Notes: generated from the letters alone by a model not told the origin. DNA of 64,000 nt from Clostridiaceae bacterium (GCA_012729955.1 JAAYBX010000153.1:712-64711), one strand, 5' to 3'. Shown: positions 9,072-20,120, numbered from the stretch's first letter. Translations and numbers: made by a program.

Positions 9072-10451
9072 ATGGAAAAAAACAAACTGGTAATAGAAAA
9101 GTCAAATTCCCTTGGTGGAAAAGTATGGTTTTCCTTTGTTTTATTCGGACTGGTAGGACAGATTACCTGGGCAGTGGAAAATTCATATTTTTCAACTTAT
9201 ATCCAGCAGACAATAACTGCTGAAAGCTGGGCGACATCAGCCACAGTTATATTTTCTGCTATTTTTGCTGCTGCTGCCACAATACTAAGCGGAGCATTAA
9301 TGGACCGAATAGGAAAGAGAAGGCCTTTTGTGTGTTATGGTTACATAATATGGGGAATTCTGACAATGGCTTTTGCTTTTTTCGGTAATGAAGCATATGC
9401 AAATGATGCAAAGACAATCACAATGATAGTAATCGCTTTTGTAGCAATGGATGCTATTATGAGTTTTGTCGGAAGCATGGCAAATGATGCCGCTTTCAGC
9501 GCATGGGTTACTGATGTTACAGATATTACTAACAGGGCATTTGTTGATACAATAGGTTCCATATTCCCTTTGATTGCGATGGTTTTAATACTTGTCGGGT
9601 TCTCTGGTTTCGCCAACAAAGGCCAATGGGCTGAATTTTTTGCAATATTAGGAGCAATACCGACAGTTAGCGGAATTATAGGGCTCTTTATTTTCCGTGA
9701 CAGCCCAAATTTGAAACCTTCACCTGACAAGACATATATAAACCAGATATCATTCGGATTTAAATGGAAAAACATAATTGATAACAAAATGATATATATA
9801 TGCTTTCTTGGTATGATGTTTTCCAGTATAGGAATGCAGATATGGATGCCCTACATGATTAGCCTGATAGTTGATACGCTTCAAGTCGATTATGTTGTTT
9901 CGGTTGTCGCGGTTATTCTTGCATCTGCAGTGATGTCCATTGCAGCAGGCAAATTAATGGATAAATTCGGTAAAGAAAAGTTCTATTATCCTGTTGCACT
10001 ACTAGGAGCAGCAGGCGGAGTAATAGCATTTTCAACTAAATTTACACAAGGCAAGAATCTACCTACTTTGCTGCTTCTAATATTTGGCGGAACATTCGTA
10101 ATGGCAAGCTCATTAATGATGGCTGGTCTTTTCAATGCAACTGCAAGAGATTACATCCCAGAAGGCAGAGCAGGCTGTTTCCAGGGGATAAAAATGATAT
10201 TGGTTATAATGATGCCTATGGTTCTGGCAAGCTTTATCGCACCTTTAATTATAAAGACAGTCGCACTTACACCTACTGCAGAATTTCTAGTTACCCACCC
10301 GACTTATACTAACAGCTTTCTTTATCCGCATGAGTTGTTCCTATGGGCTGGATTAGTAACGCTTGTTGTTCTTATACCTGCATTTTTCGTTAAAAAAGAT
10401 GCTAAAAATATCAGAAAAAGAAAACTTGAGGAACTAAACCTTATAAATTAG
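9072..10451 (+). CDS. MFS-type transporter
   Basis: About 12 predicted hydrophobic spans. 'MDRIGKRRPF' loop motif typical of MFS/GPH symporters. Confidence 0.6.
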   Translation: MEKNKLVIEKSNSLGGKVWFSFVLFGLVGQITWAVENSYFSTYIQQTITAESWATSATVIFSAIFAAAATILSGALMDRIGKRRPFVCYGYIIWGILTMAFAFFGNEAYANDAKTITMIVIAFVAMDAIMSFVGSMANDAAFSAWVTDVTDITNRAFVDTIGSIFPLIAMVLILVGFSGFANKGQWAEFFAILGAIPTVSGIIGLFIFRDSPNLKPSPDKTYINQISFGFKWKNIIDNKMIYICFLGMMFSSIGMQIWMPYMISLIVDTLQVDYVVSVVAVILASAVMSIAAGKLMDKFGKEKFYYPVALLGAAGGVIAFSTKFTQGKNLPTLLLLIFGGTFVMASSLMMAGLFNATARDYIPEGRAGCFQGIKMILVIMMPMVLASFIAPLIIKTVALTPTAEFLVTHPTYTNSFLYPHELFLWAGLVTLVVLIPAFFVKKDAKNIRKRKLEELNLIN

Positions 10452-10453
10452 CT

Positions 10454-11677
10454 TTACCCATTTGTAAGAAGATCAAATATGGAAATCTGAGTGTGTTTGG
10501 ATGCAAGCACACTTTTAATATCTTCTTTATATAGTCGGTCTGCTATTTCGAATTTATTATTACAGGTTATAAAATATGAACACTTCCCCATCGGAATTTT
10601 CATCCTTTTCATTATATCGTGAGTGACTGTACAGTATCTTCTGGCTTCTATTATCCTTTTTGCATATACAATGCCTATTCCTGGTACACGAATTAATTTG
10701 TCATAATCTGCTTTGTTTACCTCAACTGGAAAAATATCCATATTCCTTAATGCCCATGCAGCTTTTGGGTCAATATCTTTCTGCAAAAATGGTTCATGTT
10801 CCGGAGTGACATCATCAAAAGAAAAACCATAAAGCTGGGTCAGCCTGTCTGCTTGATATAATCTTGCCATCCTCCAGTGCGGAGTACTGATAATTGGCAG
10901 TTTTTCATTCTCATAACCTTTTGCCTGTTCCCTATATGTAAACGCAGAGTAATATACTCTTTTTAAACTGAACTTTTTGTACAATGCTGTCGCAAGCCTC
11001 ATAATAGTCCTGTCATCTTCATCAGTGCTCCCTGCCATTATCTGTGTCGTCTGCGAACTGGCAAAAGTCCCGTTATGTTTTGAATGGTCTTGTATCTGTT
11101 CACATATTTCCTTCATCGGTTCCAGAATATTCTGTTTGTTCTTCTGTTTTGCAATTTTTTGATAACCTATGCTTTTTGCGACTTCAATATTAACGCTTAG
11201 CCTGTCTGCATAAAGTCCAGTCTTATGAATTAGTTCCGGATCTGCTCCAGGCATCACTTTTGCATGTATGAACCCACCATATCCAAACTCATTTCTCATG
11301 ATTTTTACTGTCTCTGATATGAGTTCCTGAGTGTTATCAGCATTTTTACAAATTGCAGATGATATAAAAATCCCTTGCTTATGGATTTTTGCCTCATTTA
11401 CCGCAATTGCAGCTAGTTCCTTTGGAGACAGAGTATATGAGTATTCTTTTTCCTTCTGACATCTGCATCCACAGTATGCGCAGTTAAATATGCAGCTGTT
11501 TGATAAAAAGAGCTTATGTGATGTCATAGCTTTGCCTTTGCATACTATTTTACCTGCAGCTTCCAGTCCGGCATTCTGCGCATCAGAATCAAAACCAATA
11601 TCATAAGCAGTATCTTTTCTCATCTGCAGTATCTTCTGTTCATATGAATAACCGTTTTTAAAAACTAAGTTTGTCAT
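10454..11677 (-). CDS. Radical SAM protein of the putative DNA modification/repair type with C-terminal helix-hairpin-helix
   Basis: 'CIFNCAYCGC' CX3CX2C. C-terminal 'LIRVPGIGIVYAKRIIEARR' HhH. Size about 400 aa as in TIGR03916-like proteins. Confidence 0.55.
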   Translation of the reverse strand: MTNLVFKNGYSYEQKILQMRKDTAYDIGFDSDAQNAGLEAAGKIVCKGKAMTSHKLFLSNSCIFNCAYCGCRCQKEKEYSYTLSPKELAAIAVNEAKIHKQGIFISSAICKNADNTQELISETVKIMRNEFGYGGFIHAKVMPGADPELIHKTGLYADRLSVNIEVAKSIGYQKIAKQKNKQNILEPMKEICEQIQDHSKHNGTFASSQTTQIMAGSTDEDDRTIMRLATALYKKFSLKRVYYSAFTYREQAKGYENEKLPIISTPHWRMARLYQADRLTQLYGFSFDDVTPEHEPFLQKDIDPKAAWALRNMDIFPVEVNKADYDKLIRVPGIGIVYAKRIIEARRYCTVTHDIMKRMKIPMGKCSYFITCNNKFEIADRLYKEDIKSVLASKHTQISIFDLLTNG

Positions 11678-11755
11678 TTTCTCCTCTTAATAACAATTAT
11701 CCAGTAATTCATGTACATTATTCAGGATAGAACATTCCGATAGTTCACTTTGGAT

Positions 11756-11773
11756 ATATCAATAAATTGATAT
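11756..11773. promoter_or_regulatory. Perfect inverted repeat ATATCAAT-aa-ATTGATAT about 45 nt upstream of the giant-protein operon
   Basis: Seen directly. 8-bp arms with a 2-bp spacer. Half-sites ATATCA/TGATAT are shared with the palindrome at 20123-20136. Confidence 0.4.
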
Positions 11774-11810
11774 CACTTTCTTTTCGTGGTAAGATTCATA
11801 TATACGAGGT

Positions 11811-14639
11811 ATGAATATGGCACTTCAATGCATCTATTCGCAAAACGAAGAAAAAGCATACTGGGATGACTTAGGAAAAAAGATAATACTTCCTGACAAA
11901 ACTGAGCTTTCCCATGTATGTTACGCACCTGACACTCTATCAAATGTGACATGCCTTATAAAGTTTAGAAATAATTCATATCTTGCCTGTGATATGAATA
12001 ATCACAGATTACTGTTAATAAAAAAAGATTACATAAAACAGTTCGGACCTGTATTAAATGCTCCTTATTCAATTGCATACTCGCAAAACCTTATATATGC
12101 CGCTACATATCCAGATGGCATCATAGAGCCTGCCGTAATTGCCATTCTAGATGATACTGGCAATTATTTCGGGCAGCTTTATCTTGACCATCATGTTGCA
12201 AAAAACAAGCAACACATGATGTATTCGAAAAATCCTGAAAAACCTAAAAAAGAACTGGAAAAAATCAAATCTGTCAAATTATCAATTAAAAGCCTTTCTT
12301 CTGATAGAGATAATATTGTGATTAATTATTCTAACAACGAAAGCATATCCTTTGATGCCAGCCATCCGGAAAATGCAATGCTTACAAATATCGGATTTCG
12401 ATATGTTATGCGTACTTCAAGAAATGTCCGGACAAAAAAATCCATATTCTCATATGAAATTGATAATCTGTCCACAATTGATCATCAAAATACATCTTTA
12501 CAGCCAAATGAGGAGCCGGCTTTTCAAAACAATATTGGATATTCTATTGAGAACTGTGATGAAAAAGACATATACATATATGGGATAAAGAATAATAATT
12601 TGGATTTCTCTAATATGCCTTCTCTTTTGAATTCAATATTTTTAAACTGCGATACTGACTTCAAGAAAGTCCTGGCTTTATGGAATTTCGTAAGAAGATA
12701 TATTTCAAAAGGCATAACATGGCCACAGAGTAATTTTAAAGATGACGGGAAATTTTCTGCAATCCGTTATATTAACTCTATGGGTTCGGGAGCATGTGGA
12801 AGTTTTAACGGGCTTTTAGCGCTTATGGCACAATCTGCCGGCATTCCCGCAAAAACTGGGAGCCTTAGTAACGGAAGCCATGCTGCTTTAAGGCTTTTTT
12901 TGAACATGTCTGATGTTTATATTGATGCCCTATATGGAGGGTGTTTTCCATTTAATGGAAGCATAATAAGAAAAGAAGGAGAATCAATCGAAACATACGA
13001 TAAGCTCACTGAAGACCCATACTTATTAAGACGCGCATCAGATGATTCCATTTATGAGTTAGCGTGTATGATTGGTTATCGGGATGGGTGGGTTGACGGA
13101 TGGAATGACAGATACACTGATCCATATACCATGGGGTATTTTCTACGCCCAAAGGAACGCATGGAATTCACTTATTCATTTAACGGCACATACACAGGAA
13201 CACTTAGGCCTCATTCAAATATCGTAACTGGAAGAAAGATATTGAATTTTGAAAGAAATGAGCATGTTAAAAGATACTTTGAACTAAATAAGATGCGAAT
13301 TGAAAAGAATACCTTTTCCTGTGAAACTTATGCAAAAGCATGGTATTTTGCACAATGCCCTTACCCTATTACAGGAATACAGATTGCGGGAAGGATTTAC
13401 AAAGGATCACTATCAATAACTTCAGACTATTCCAATGAAAAAGCTGATTATGCAAAAAGACAGGAATTCTGCGCTTATTTTGGAAACTATACATCAAAAG
13501 CTCTTAATTCCGTTCAAAACAGCATCAATATTGAATTCAAGGCATTTAAAGCTGAATTCAAGATTTATTCCATAACTCTGTTTTTTCAAGCTAACAGGAT
13601 TACTCTATGCTCATTGAACAGCGGAATGAACAATCTTTTTCTTGAAGCGGATAAAGGCAAACTTAGAGTGACTCATGAATATATACATTCTACAATGCCA
13701 AAACCTAAAGCTCCTGTCTTGAAGAAAAAGAGTCAGAACAGATTCGAATGGTCATCAGATGATGTACCGTATTATGAATTCATTCTCAGTGATGAACCTG
13801 CATGTGAAATACCTTATGCCCCAATATTCCACCGGACTGTGGTAAAACCTTTTATTGAGATTGGATGTGATTCTGTCCTTGCTCCTGATGTTCAGTATTA
13901 CTGGAAAGTTCGGTCAAGAAACCGGTACGGAATTTGGGGTCCATGGAGCCAGATATCTTCTTTTACGCATATTGCGCCAAAAAAGCCTGAAGATCTTACT
14001 CTCACGATAAGAGACAGAGATATAACCTTGAGCTGGACAAAAGATAAGAAGGCATCCTATTACAGGGTGTATGGATCTAATGAAGCGGCATTCACTCCAG
14101 CGGATACAGATTACTCAATAAACATAAATCGGACGGATATGGTAGCGAAAAAGATAATATATCCTATGAATCATATAAAGGATGTGAAAACACCATATAT
14201 AAATCTTACTGAAGAAGATGTAAATGATACATTAAGGTATCATTACAGGGTAATATCTGCTGATAAAAAAGGCAACCTAAGTTTATGTTCTGATTATATC
14301 AGTCTTCCTCATCCTTGGATAAAAAAGGACTCTATATGCACATATGCTTATACAGGATGCAACTATTCATCATATATTGAATATGTATATTCTACTGGTT
14401 TGATGAGATTCAACCGAACTCCTGAAAATCCCATGTTTACAGATTTTACATCAGCGGATAAGCTGATCTTCTCAATCGAAGGACCTTCCTGGCTTAAAAT
14501 AAGGGAATATGACGGTTATCTGTCAGGAAATCCAAACAAAACTGATATTGGGCCAAACCGGTTTATAATATCTCTAAAAAATCAGAAGGAAGAGTATGAC
14601 ATTTTAGAACTGCTGATTGAGGTGGAAGAAGGCATATGA
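11811..14639 (+). CDS. Large cytoplasmic protein: transglutaminase-like core (Cys-His-Asp) + FN3 repeats + C-terminal Ig-like domain
   Basis: 'ALWNFVRRYI...GSGACGSFNGLLALMAQSAGIPAKTGS...HAALRLFL...DVYIDALYG' fits the Transglut_core consensus. 'YYWKVRSRNRYGIWGPWS' and 'SYYRVYGSNEA' are FN3-like. No signal peptide. The likely start is the second ATG at 11817. Confidence 0.6.
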   Translation: MNMALQCIYSQNEEKAYWDDLGKKIILPDKTELSHVCYAPDTLSNVTCLIKFRNNSYLACDMNNHRLLLIKKDYIKQFGPVLNAPYSIAYSQNLIYAATYPDGIIEPAVIAILDDTGNYFGQLYLDHHVAKNKQHMMYSKNPEKPKKELEKIKSVKLSIKSLSSDRDNIVINYSNNESISFDASHPENAMLTNIGFRYVMRTSRNVRTKKSIFSYEIDNLSTIDHQNTSLQPNEEPAFQNNIGYSIENCDEKDIYIYGIKNNNLDFSNMPSLLNSIFLNCDTDFKKVLALWNFVRRYISKGITWPQSNFKDDGKFSAIRYINSMGSGACGSFNGLLALMAQSAGIPAKTGSLSNGSHAALRLFLNMSDVYIDALYGGCFPFNGSIIRKEGESIETYDKLTEDPYLLRRASDDSIYELACMIGYRDGWVDGWNDRYTDPYTMGYFLRPKERMEFTYSFNGTYTGTLRPHSNIVTGRKILNFERNEHVKRYFELNKMRIEKNTFSCETYAKAWYFAQCPYPITGIQIAGRIYKGSLSITSDYSNEKADYAKRQEFCAYFGNYTSKALNSVQNSINIEFKAFKAEFKIYSITLFFQANRITLCSLNSGMNNLFLEADKGKLRVTHEYIHSTMPKPKAPVLKKKSQNRFEWSSDDVPYYEFILSDEPACEIPYAPIFHRTVVKPFIEIGCDSVLAPDVQYYWKVRSRNRYGIWGPWSQISSFTHIAPKKPEDLTLTIRDRDITLSWTKDKKASYYRVYGSNEAAFTPADTDYSININRTDMVAKKIIYPMNHIKDVKTPYINLTEEDVNDTLRYHYRVISADKKGNLSLCSDYISLPHPWIKKDSICTYAYTGCNYSSYIEYVYSTGLMRFNRTPENPMFTDFTSADKLIFSIEGPSWLKIREYDGYLSGNPNKTDIGPNRFIISLKNQKEEYDILELLIEVEEGI

Positions 14640-17629
14640 CACATTTAGGCATCGATATAAAAGAGCCTTTTGGAATACAATGGCCTTTGCAATATACATT
14701 GCTTGACATTGATATGGACAGTGCAGTAAACATTAAAAAACTGGGTTTATTCAATTCACTAGATCAGGAAATACAGGCAGACTTCATACCCTCAAAAAAC
14801 AACAAACTTACAGTCGGAATGATACTGTCTCTTTATCCCTTTGAAACTAGAAAAATGTATATTACGGAAAAAACATCAGCCAGTAAATTAAATAAATGCC
14901 TTTCTATAAGAAGAAATGCTGACTGTATAACAGTAAGCAATGGTAGTCTCAGCTTATGCATACCTTCAAAAGGAATGTATATAAAATCTGAGATTCCAGC
15001 TCCTATAATATCTTCTTCTAATATAAGCATCAGCGCAAAAGGCATATGGAAAGAGCAGTTTGATAAAGCTTTTGTAAAAGTAAGGATTGAAAACAGAGCT
15101 CTGCATGGCAGAATAATTATAGATTATGATTTTTTCGAACACGGCACTTATAAAGCTACTATAGAAATGCATAAAGGAATGAGTGAAGCAGTAATAACCG
15201 AAAAATCTGATGTTTGTTTTTCTAATAGTTTTTTAATGAGTTTTTCATTACAACCATCAAATACTTATGCTAGGATGCATACTCCATCTAAGGAACTAGG
15301 TGTTCTGGATGAATGGAAAAGGATTTGGTTCGATACTAAGAAACAGAGTAAACCAATATATTTACAGCCTTTCTATTCATGGGACATGGATACTGCCACG
15401 CTTATACAATACTATAATGATTCCTCAGGCGTATCTATCGTTCCAATTCGAGCAGGAAGCTGGAAAAACGCGCAGACACAGCGTCTGTCAGTACATACAG
15501 ATGATTCCATTTTTATAGAGGCTCCTGTGAACAAGGGTATGCGATGCTGGGTCTTTTCATTATACAACGGGCAAGCTTTTGAAAAAAACAATCAGATAGA
15601 CCTTTCTACCCAATATCAGAATTGGAGGAATATGCTGGATTCTCCAATAGAAAGAATATATCTTGCTGACCGTCTGTGTGCGATATATGGAGGTGTAAAC
15701 CTTACTAAAACTTTAGAATGGCTGAGGGTATTACCGCAAAGTGTGAATCTTACTCCGCATGTTTTAGCAGATGAAAACCAGATACAGCAAACGCAGCAAA
15801 GAATTAAAAACTGGTCATGGATGGAAAAGACAATACAGGAACACAAAGATGACTTGGCAGGATTTGATCCTGCCGGTGTGTATTGTGCCGTTAATGATGA
15901 AGATTATGCATTAAAAGCTAAACAATGTATTTCTGTATGGCTTCATTCAAGGATTCTCATGTTCACTACATTCGGTTATTCATTACACGAAATTGTATGC
16001 ATACGCCTTAGCAGGCCAATACGGCTAATTGCAATTGATTTTGATCTTACATGTTCTTCTGAGCATTACTCAAATTCCGACAAGCAGTTCATATACTCAG
16101 CGTTTATCTTTCTGATGCGCGCAATGGAATCAAAGGATTACTGGCCTGACAGGATAAATGGCTTTCGGATGGGGAACAGGAATTTCCACAGCGATAGATT
16201 CTCCGCTTTGGGAATACTTGCTTGTCTTCTTTCTGATTACCCTTTTTCGCAGGTAATTATAAAATATGTGCAGACACAGATAAACAGAGAATTAAAATAC
16301 TGCATCAAAGACTCCGGTGCATGGATTGAAGCCCCGAATTATCAGGCATATTCCATGAACTACCTGATTACCCTTTTTACTGCATTGAAAAACAGCGGTC
16401 ATAATAACTACTTTAAAAACAGAAGGTTTATCAGCACATTAGAATTCTTGTGTGATATACAAACCCCATATGATGTAAGGTATGGTGCGCACATGATACC
16501 AACTCTTGGTGATACTGCCGCAAATTACTGGTCACAGTCTTTTTCCAATGTATTCGCATGGGCTGGCAAAATGACCGAGGGGACTGCTTTTTCCAGGAAA
16601 ATGATCTGCGCTTGGGAACGCGCAGGTATGCCGGTATTTTCCAGTGGAGGCGAGCTGAATTCAACATTTAAAATGCTTCTATTGACAGACAATACTTTGA
16701 AAAGCGCAAAGTATGATTTCAAACCTTTATCCATATATGAAGGATTTGGAGTTATTGCAAGAAAGCATGAAAGTTATTTCTGTATAAAAAGCGGTGATAT
16801 ATCAATGCATTATGACCACGATGAGTCATCCTTTATCTGGTATGAAAACAACACTCCTCTATTAATTGATATAGGAAGCCAATACTTCCCTGCTGTTGAT
16901 GCGGCATTTATGCATAACAGGATCAGTATAGATATGAAAACAGACCAATCAAGAGGCAAGGTTACATGTGCAAAGTATGAAAAAGATATCTGCCTTATAG
17001 TGACAGTCACTGAGATATCAGAAATTCAGGATTGGCCCATATGGCCTGTTACAGATCCAGAATGGAATTTCAGATATGGAACAGCTCCTGTAAAAATTGA
17101 TAAGCATATTTGGAAAAGAAGCTTTATTTACCTAATGGCTCACAAAGCTTTGCTGGTGATTGATGAAGTTGCTGGTCCTTTGCCTTTTGAACAGAATTTT
17201 CTTTTATGCATGGATTCAAGCAGCAGGTCAGATGGACATTACAAGTTTAACGGGTTATGTGATATGCATATTAATGTATGGACATTCAATGAAAAAAGCA
17301 GTGAAGTACATAATTGGGGATATTCCGGATTAGATGAACCTCTCTTCAAGAACGCTTTTTCCATGGATTGGAAAGACTTTACCTGGATGTGGGATAAACC
17401 TATAACAAATATGGCAGAAGAAGTGCAGTTATTAAGAAACAGATTCGCTCCTTCTTCAAAGGCAATCACATTCATGTCAGCATATTCATCCCATAACGAG
17501 GACATTGAAAGTACAGTCACCATTTGCCATGAGGATACATTGGAATGGACTAAAAACGGTAAAACCATTAAAATAAACTTTAATGGTTTAGAAGATAGGC
17601 CTTTATCCCAAATAGTTAAGGAATACTGA
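14636..17629 (+). CDS. Large cytoplasmic protein, tentatively heparinase II/III / polysaccharide-lyase-like (alpha-toroid + beta-sandwich)
   Basis: 997 aa. ATGA overlap with the upstream gene. No signal peptide. Family assignment from general composition only. Confidence 0.3.
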   Translation: MTHLGIDIKEPFGIQWPLQYTLLDIDMDSAVNIKKLGLFNSLDQEIQADFIPSKNNKLTVGMILSLYPFETRKMYITEKTSASKLNKCLSIRRNADCITVSNGSLSLCIPSKGMYIKSEIPAPIISSSNISISAKGIWKEQFDKAFVKVRIENRALHGRIIIDYDFFEHGTYKATIEMHKGMSEAVITEKSDVCFSNSFLMSFSLQPSNTYARMHTPSKELGVLDEWKRIWFDTKKQSKPIYLQPFYSWDMDTATLIQYYNDSSGVSIVPIRAGSWKNAQTQRLSVHTDDSIFIEAPVNKGMRCWVFSLYNGQAFEKNNQIDLSTQYQNWRNMLDSPIERIYLADRLCAIYGGVNLTKTLEWLRVLPQSVNLTPHVLADENQIQQTQQRIKNWSWMEKTIQEHKDDLAGFDPAGVYCAVNDEDYALKAKQCISVWLHSRILMFTTFGYSLHEIVCIRLSRPIRLIAIDFDLTCSSEHYSNSDKQFIYSAFIFLMRAMESKDYWPDRINGFRMGNRNFHSDRFSALGILACLLSDYPFSQVIIKYVQTQINRELKYCIKDSGAWIEAPNYQAYSMNYLITLFTALKNSGHNNYFKNRRFISTLEFLCDIQTPYDVRYGAHMIPTLGDTAANYWSQSFSNVFAWAGKMTEGTAFSRKMICAWERAGMPVFSSGGELNSTFKMLLLTDNTLKSAKYDFKPLSIYEGFGVIARKHESYFCIKSGDISMHYDHDESSFIWYENNTPLLIDIGSQYFPAVDAAFMHNRISIDMKTDQSRGKVTCAKYEKDICLIVTVTEISEIQDWPIWPVTDPEWNFRYGTAPVKIDKHIWKRSFIYLMAHKALLVIDEVAGPLPFEQNFLLCMDSSSRSDGHYKFNGLCDMHINVWTFNEKSSEVHNWGYSGLDEPLFKNAFSMDWKDFTWMWDKPITNMAEEVQLLRNRFAPSSKAITFMSAYSSHNEDIESTVTICHEDTLEWTKNGKTIKINFNGLEDRPLSQIVKEY

Positions 17630-17630
17630 T

Positions 17631-20120
17631 ATGCACAACAATAAGACTAAACACCCAAATACGGAAAATGAGCTATTGCAAAAGTATGCAATAGAGTATA
17701 AAGATAATTTTAATGACATGCTTGTTCCATGTAATTGGCTAACTGATTCAAAAATATCAGTATGTTTTTGCAAAAATGGGATAGCAGCCATTGATTATCA
17801 TGGTACCCAGCCTGTTTCCAGAAACGCAAGGATGGTAAAAAGCGGATTAAATGACCCAGCATTTAGTTTTTTCTCGAAAGACAGGCTTGAATTAACAGAT
17901 TATAATGCATTATCGTATAAATGCAGTTTTTTACTGAAGAAAGATGATACATTATATGCGACTGCAGAATGTTTTGCATATGAGTCTGCAATTTTTATAC
18001 ACATTGAAACAGAATCTGAGTCACCTTTTGATTTTTCTTTCGATACCAGTTCATTCTACACCAATGTTCATGGTAATATGACATGGGATTCAGGTAAAAT
18101 CAGGAAAGACTCCGTTATATTCGAAGGCACAAACAGATACCTCCTTTCCGACTGGATAAAGGAAAAAGGAGTATATCTTGTACCTGTAAAAGATCATAAA
18201 AGAATATTTAATTCTGAAGACTGGATTGATGTGAATAATCTGGATATTCTTCCTATTGCTGACGAGGATATTTTAAGAAGTAACGAGCTCTTTATTGATT
18301 CAAGGTGTTACATGATTATCCATTCACCTAATGGTTTCATAGCAAAAAGAGCAAAATCAGATAACAGATTAAATTTAAACTTTGAACCTATCAATAAAAG
18401 CATTGATCTGTGCATATATTTCTCAGACAAATTGTCTGAAGCCAAATCAAAAGCATTACAACTTATGAAAGACAGGGAATTATTTAAAAAAGAGCAGGAT
18501 GAAAGATATATAACAATATTGGAAAACAGTCCTATAATCAAAATTGAAGGATTTGAAGGTGCCAAAAAAATGTTTTCTAGCATACCCATGTATGTAGAAT
18601 CAGCAAAGCAAAAAGACAGTAAAATGACCCGTGCTTCGTCCAGCAGCTATTACTGGGTATGGGGCTGGGATAATATAGTTACAGCAATGGAAATGTCTAA
18701 ATGGAATGATTACAAAGGACAGAAGGATATTATATCCTTTATTCTGGCCCACAGGTGGATAGACGGGTCAGTACCTCATCGGTATGACAGAGAATATAAT
18801 GTGATGCAGACAATGCATTTCTGTTCTGAGGATTCCTTATTAATAATGCTCGCATATCATTACTGCAAAGATTCAAATGATTATGATTACCTAAGGGAAA
18901 TATATCCAGATTTAAAACAGATATGGAAAGGGCTTGCAGGTAAGGCTGATGAAAAAGGATACATAAAAGGTCCCGGATTCTATCCTGACAACCTAAAAGC
19001 CTTAGGCAGAGTGGAAACAAGCAGGACAGCCATGGAAACAGGAACTTTTTATACAGCATGCAGGATAATGGAAAATATCGCATCTATTTTATCTGATACA
19101 GAGATAAAAGAATCAGCAAAACATATTTATGTTCAAATTGAAAGAAATTACCTGAAAGATTTCTTTAATGAAGAATATGGCACATTAGCAGACAGCATTT
19201 ATGAGGACAACAGCCAGAATAAGACTTTCCCGCTATATGCATATATGGGAGCTTACAGTAGTTATGGTTTTTCACTGTTTCATGAAAAAATAGAAAGGAT
19301 TGCGACTTTTATTAACCAGAACTGCATACATCCAATGGGAATCAGGGTAATGCCGATTTATGATGAAAACAGGAATAGTGAAAGCATACATCATTCATGG
19401 TATCCTCACTGGGACATATATGCAATGAAGCTTTTACGTATTGGTTTTATGGCAGGAAAAGACAAATTCAGATCTCTTGCAGCAATAACGCATTACCTTT
19501 CATTAATGGAAAGGATGTGGAATGGTTATAAGGCTGTGATGGAATTACTGGAACTTGACACTTCGGACTACATAGAAGGATGGAAACAGCATGGCCAGGC
19601 TTGGAACTGCAACTGTGCAACAGGCATGTTGAGAACTGTAACAGAATCAGTAGCGGGTATAATTACTGATTTTGGTAACATAACCATACTGCCTGATGGC
19701 TGCAGTATCGCGGATATATCAAATATCACAATCAGAAAGGGCCGATGGGATATATCCAGTACTGGTGACAGGTATTTTTCTCATATTGTCGCAGATGGAA
19801 TAAGACTTTATAAAACTTGCGTTATACCAGATGAATTTATGACAGAAGATAATCATACACTTCATATATTCAACACCTCAGAATCACAAAATTTCAGGAT
19901 ATCCAACTTCACAGGCGGACGCATTAAAAATTATTCAGAATCAGAATCAGCTGTCTCTTTTTATGCTGTATGCGATGCTGCAGCTGATCTTATCCTATTT
20001 TCACCGCAAAATTTCAAACTCATAATAGACAATAACATTTTACCTTGTGATAAAATACTAAAGGACTGTTATTATATCAGATTGAATCACTCCTGCATGG
20101 TCAATATGCAACTGATATAG
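17631..20120 (+). CDS. Six-hairpin (alpha/alpha)6 glycosidase-like protein (GH63/GDE_C/trehalase superfamily-like)
   Basis: 829 aa. 'SSSSYYWVWGWDN' and 'GIRVMPIYDENRN...HHSWYPHWDIYAM' are typical of six-hairpin glycosidases. Starts 1 nt after the upstream stop. Confidence 0.4.
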   Translation: MHNNKTKHPNTENELLQKYAIEYKDNFNDMLVPCNWLTDSKISVCFCKNGIAAIDYHGTQPVSRNARMVKSGLNDPAFSFFSKDRLELTDYNALSYKCSFLLKKDDTLYATAECFAYESAIFIHIETESESPFDFSFDTSSFYTNVHGNMTWDSGKIRKDSVIFEGTNRYLLSDWIKEKGVYLVPVKDHKRIFNSEDWIDVNNLDILPIADEDILRSNELFIDSRCYMIIHSPNGFIAKRAKSDNRLNLNFEPINKSIDLCIYFSDKLSEAKSKALQLMKDRELFKKEQDERYITILENSPIIKIEGFEGAKKMFSSIPMYVESAKQKDSKMTRASSSSYYWVWGWDNIVTAMEMSKWNDYKGQKDIISFILAHRWIDGSVPHRYDREYNVMQTMHFCSEDSLLIMLAYHYCKDSNDYDYLREIYPDLKQIWKGLAGKADEKGYIKGPGFYPDNLKALGRVETSRTAMETGTFYTACRIMENIASILSDTEIKESAKHIYVQIERNYLKDFFNEEYGTLADSIYEDNSQNKTFPLYAYMGAYSSYGFSLFHEKIERIATFINQNCIHPMGIRVMPIYDENRNSESIHHSWYPHWDIYAMKLLRIGFMAGKDKFRSLAAITHYLSLMERMWNGYKAVMELLELDTSDYIEGWKQHGQAWNCNCATGMLRTVTESVAGIITDFGNITILPDGCSIADISNITIRKGRWDISSTGDRYFSHIVADGIRLYKTCVIPDEFMTEDNHTLHIFNTSESQNFRISNFTGGRIKNYSESESAVSFYAVCDAAADLILFSPQNFKLIIDNNILPCDKILKDCYYIRLNHSCMVNMQLI

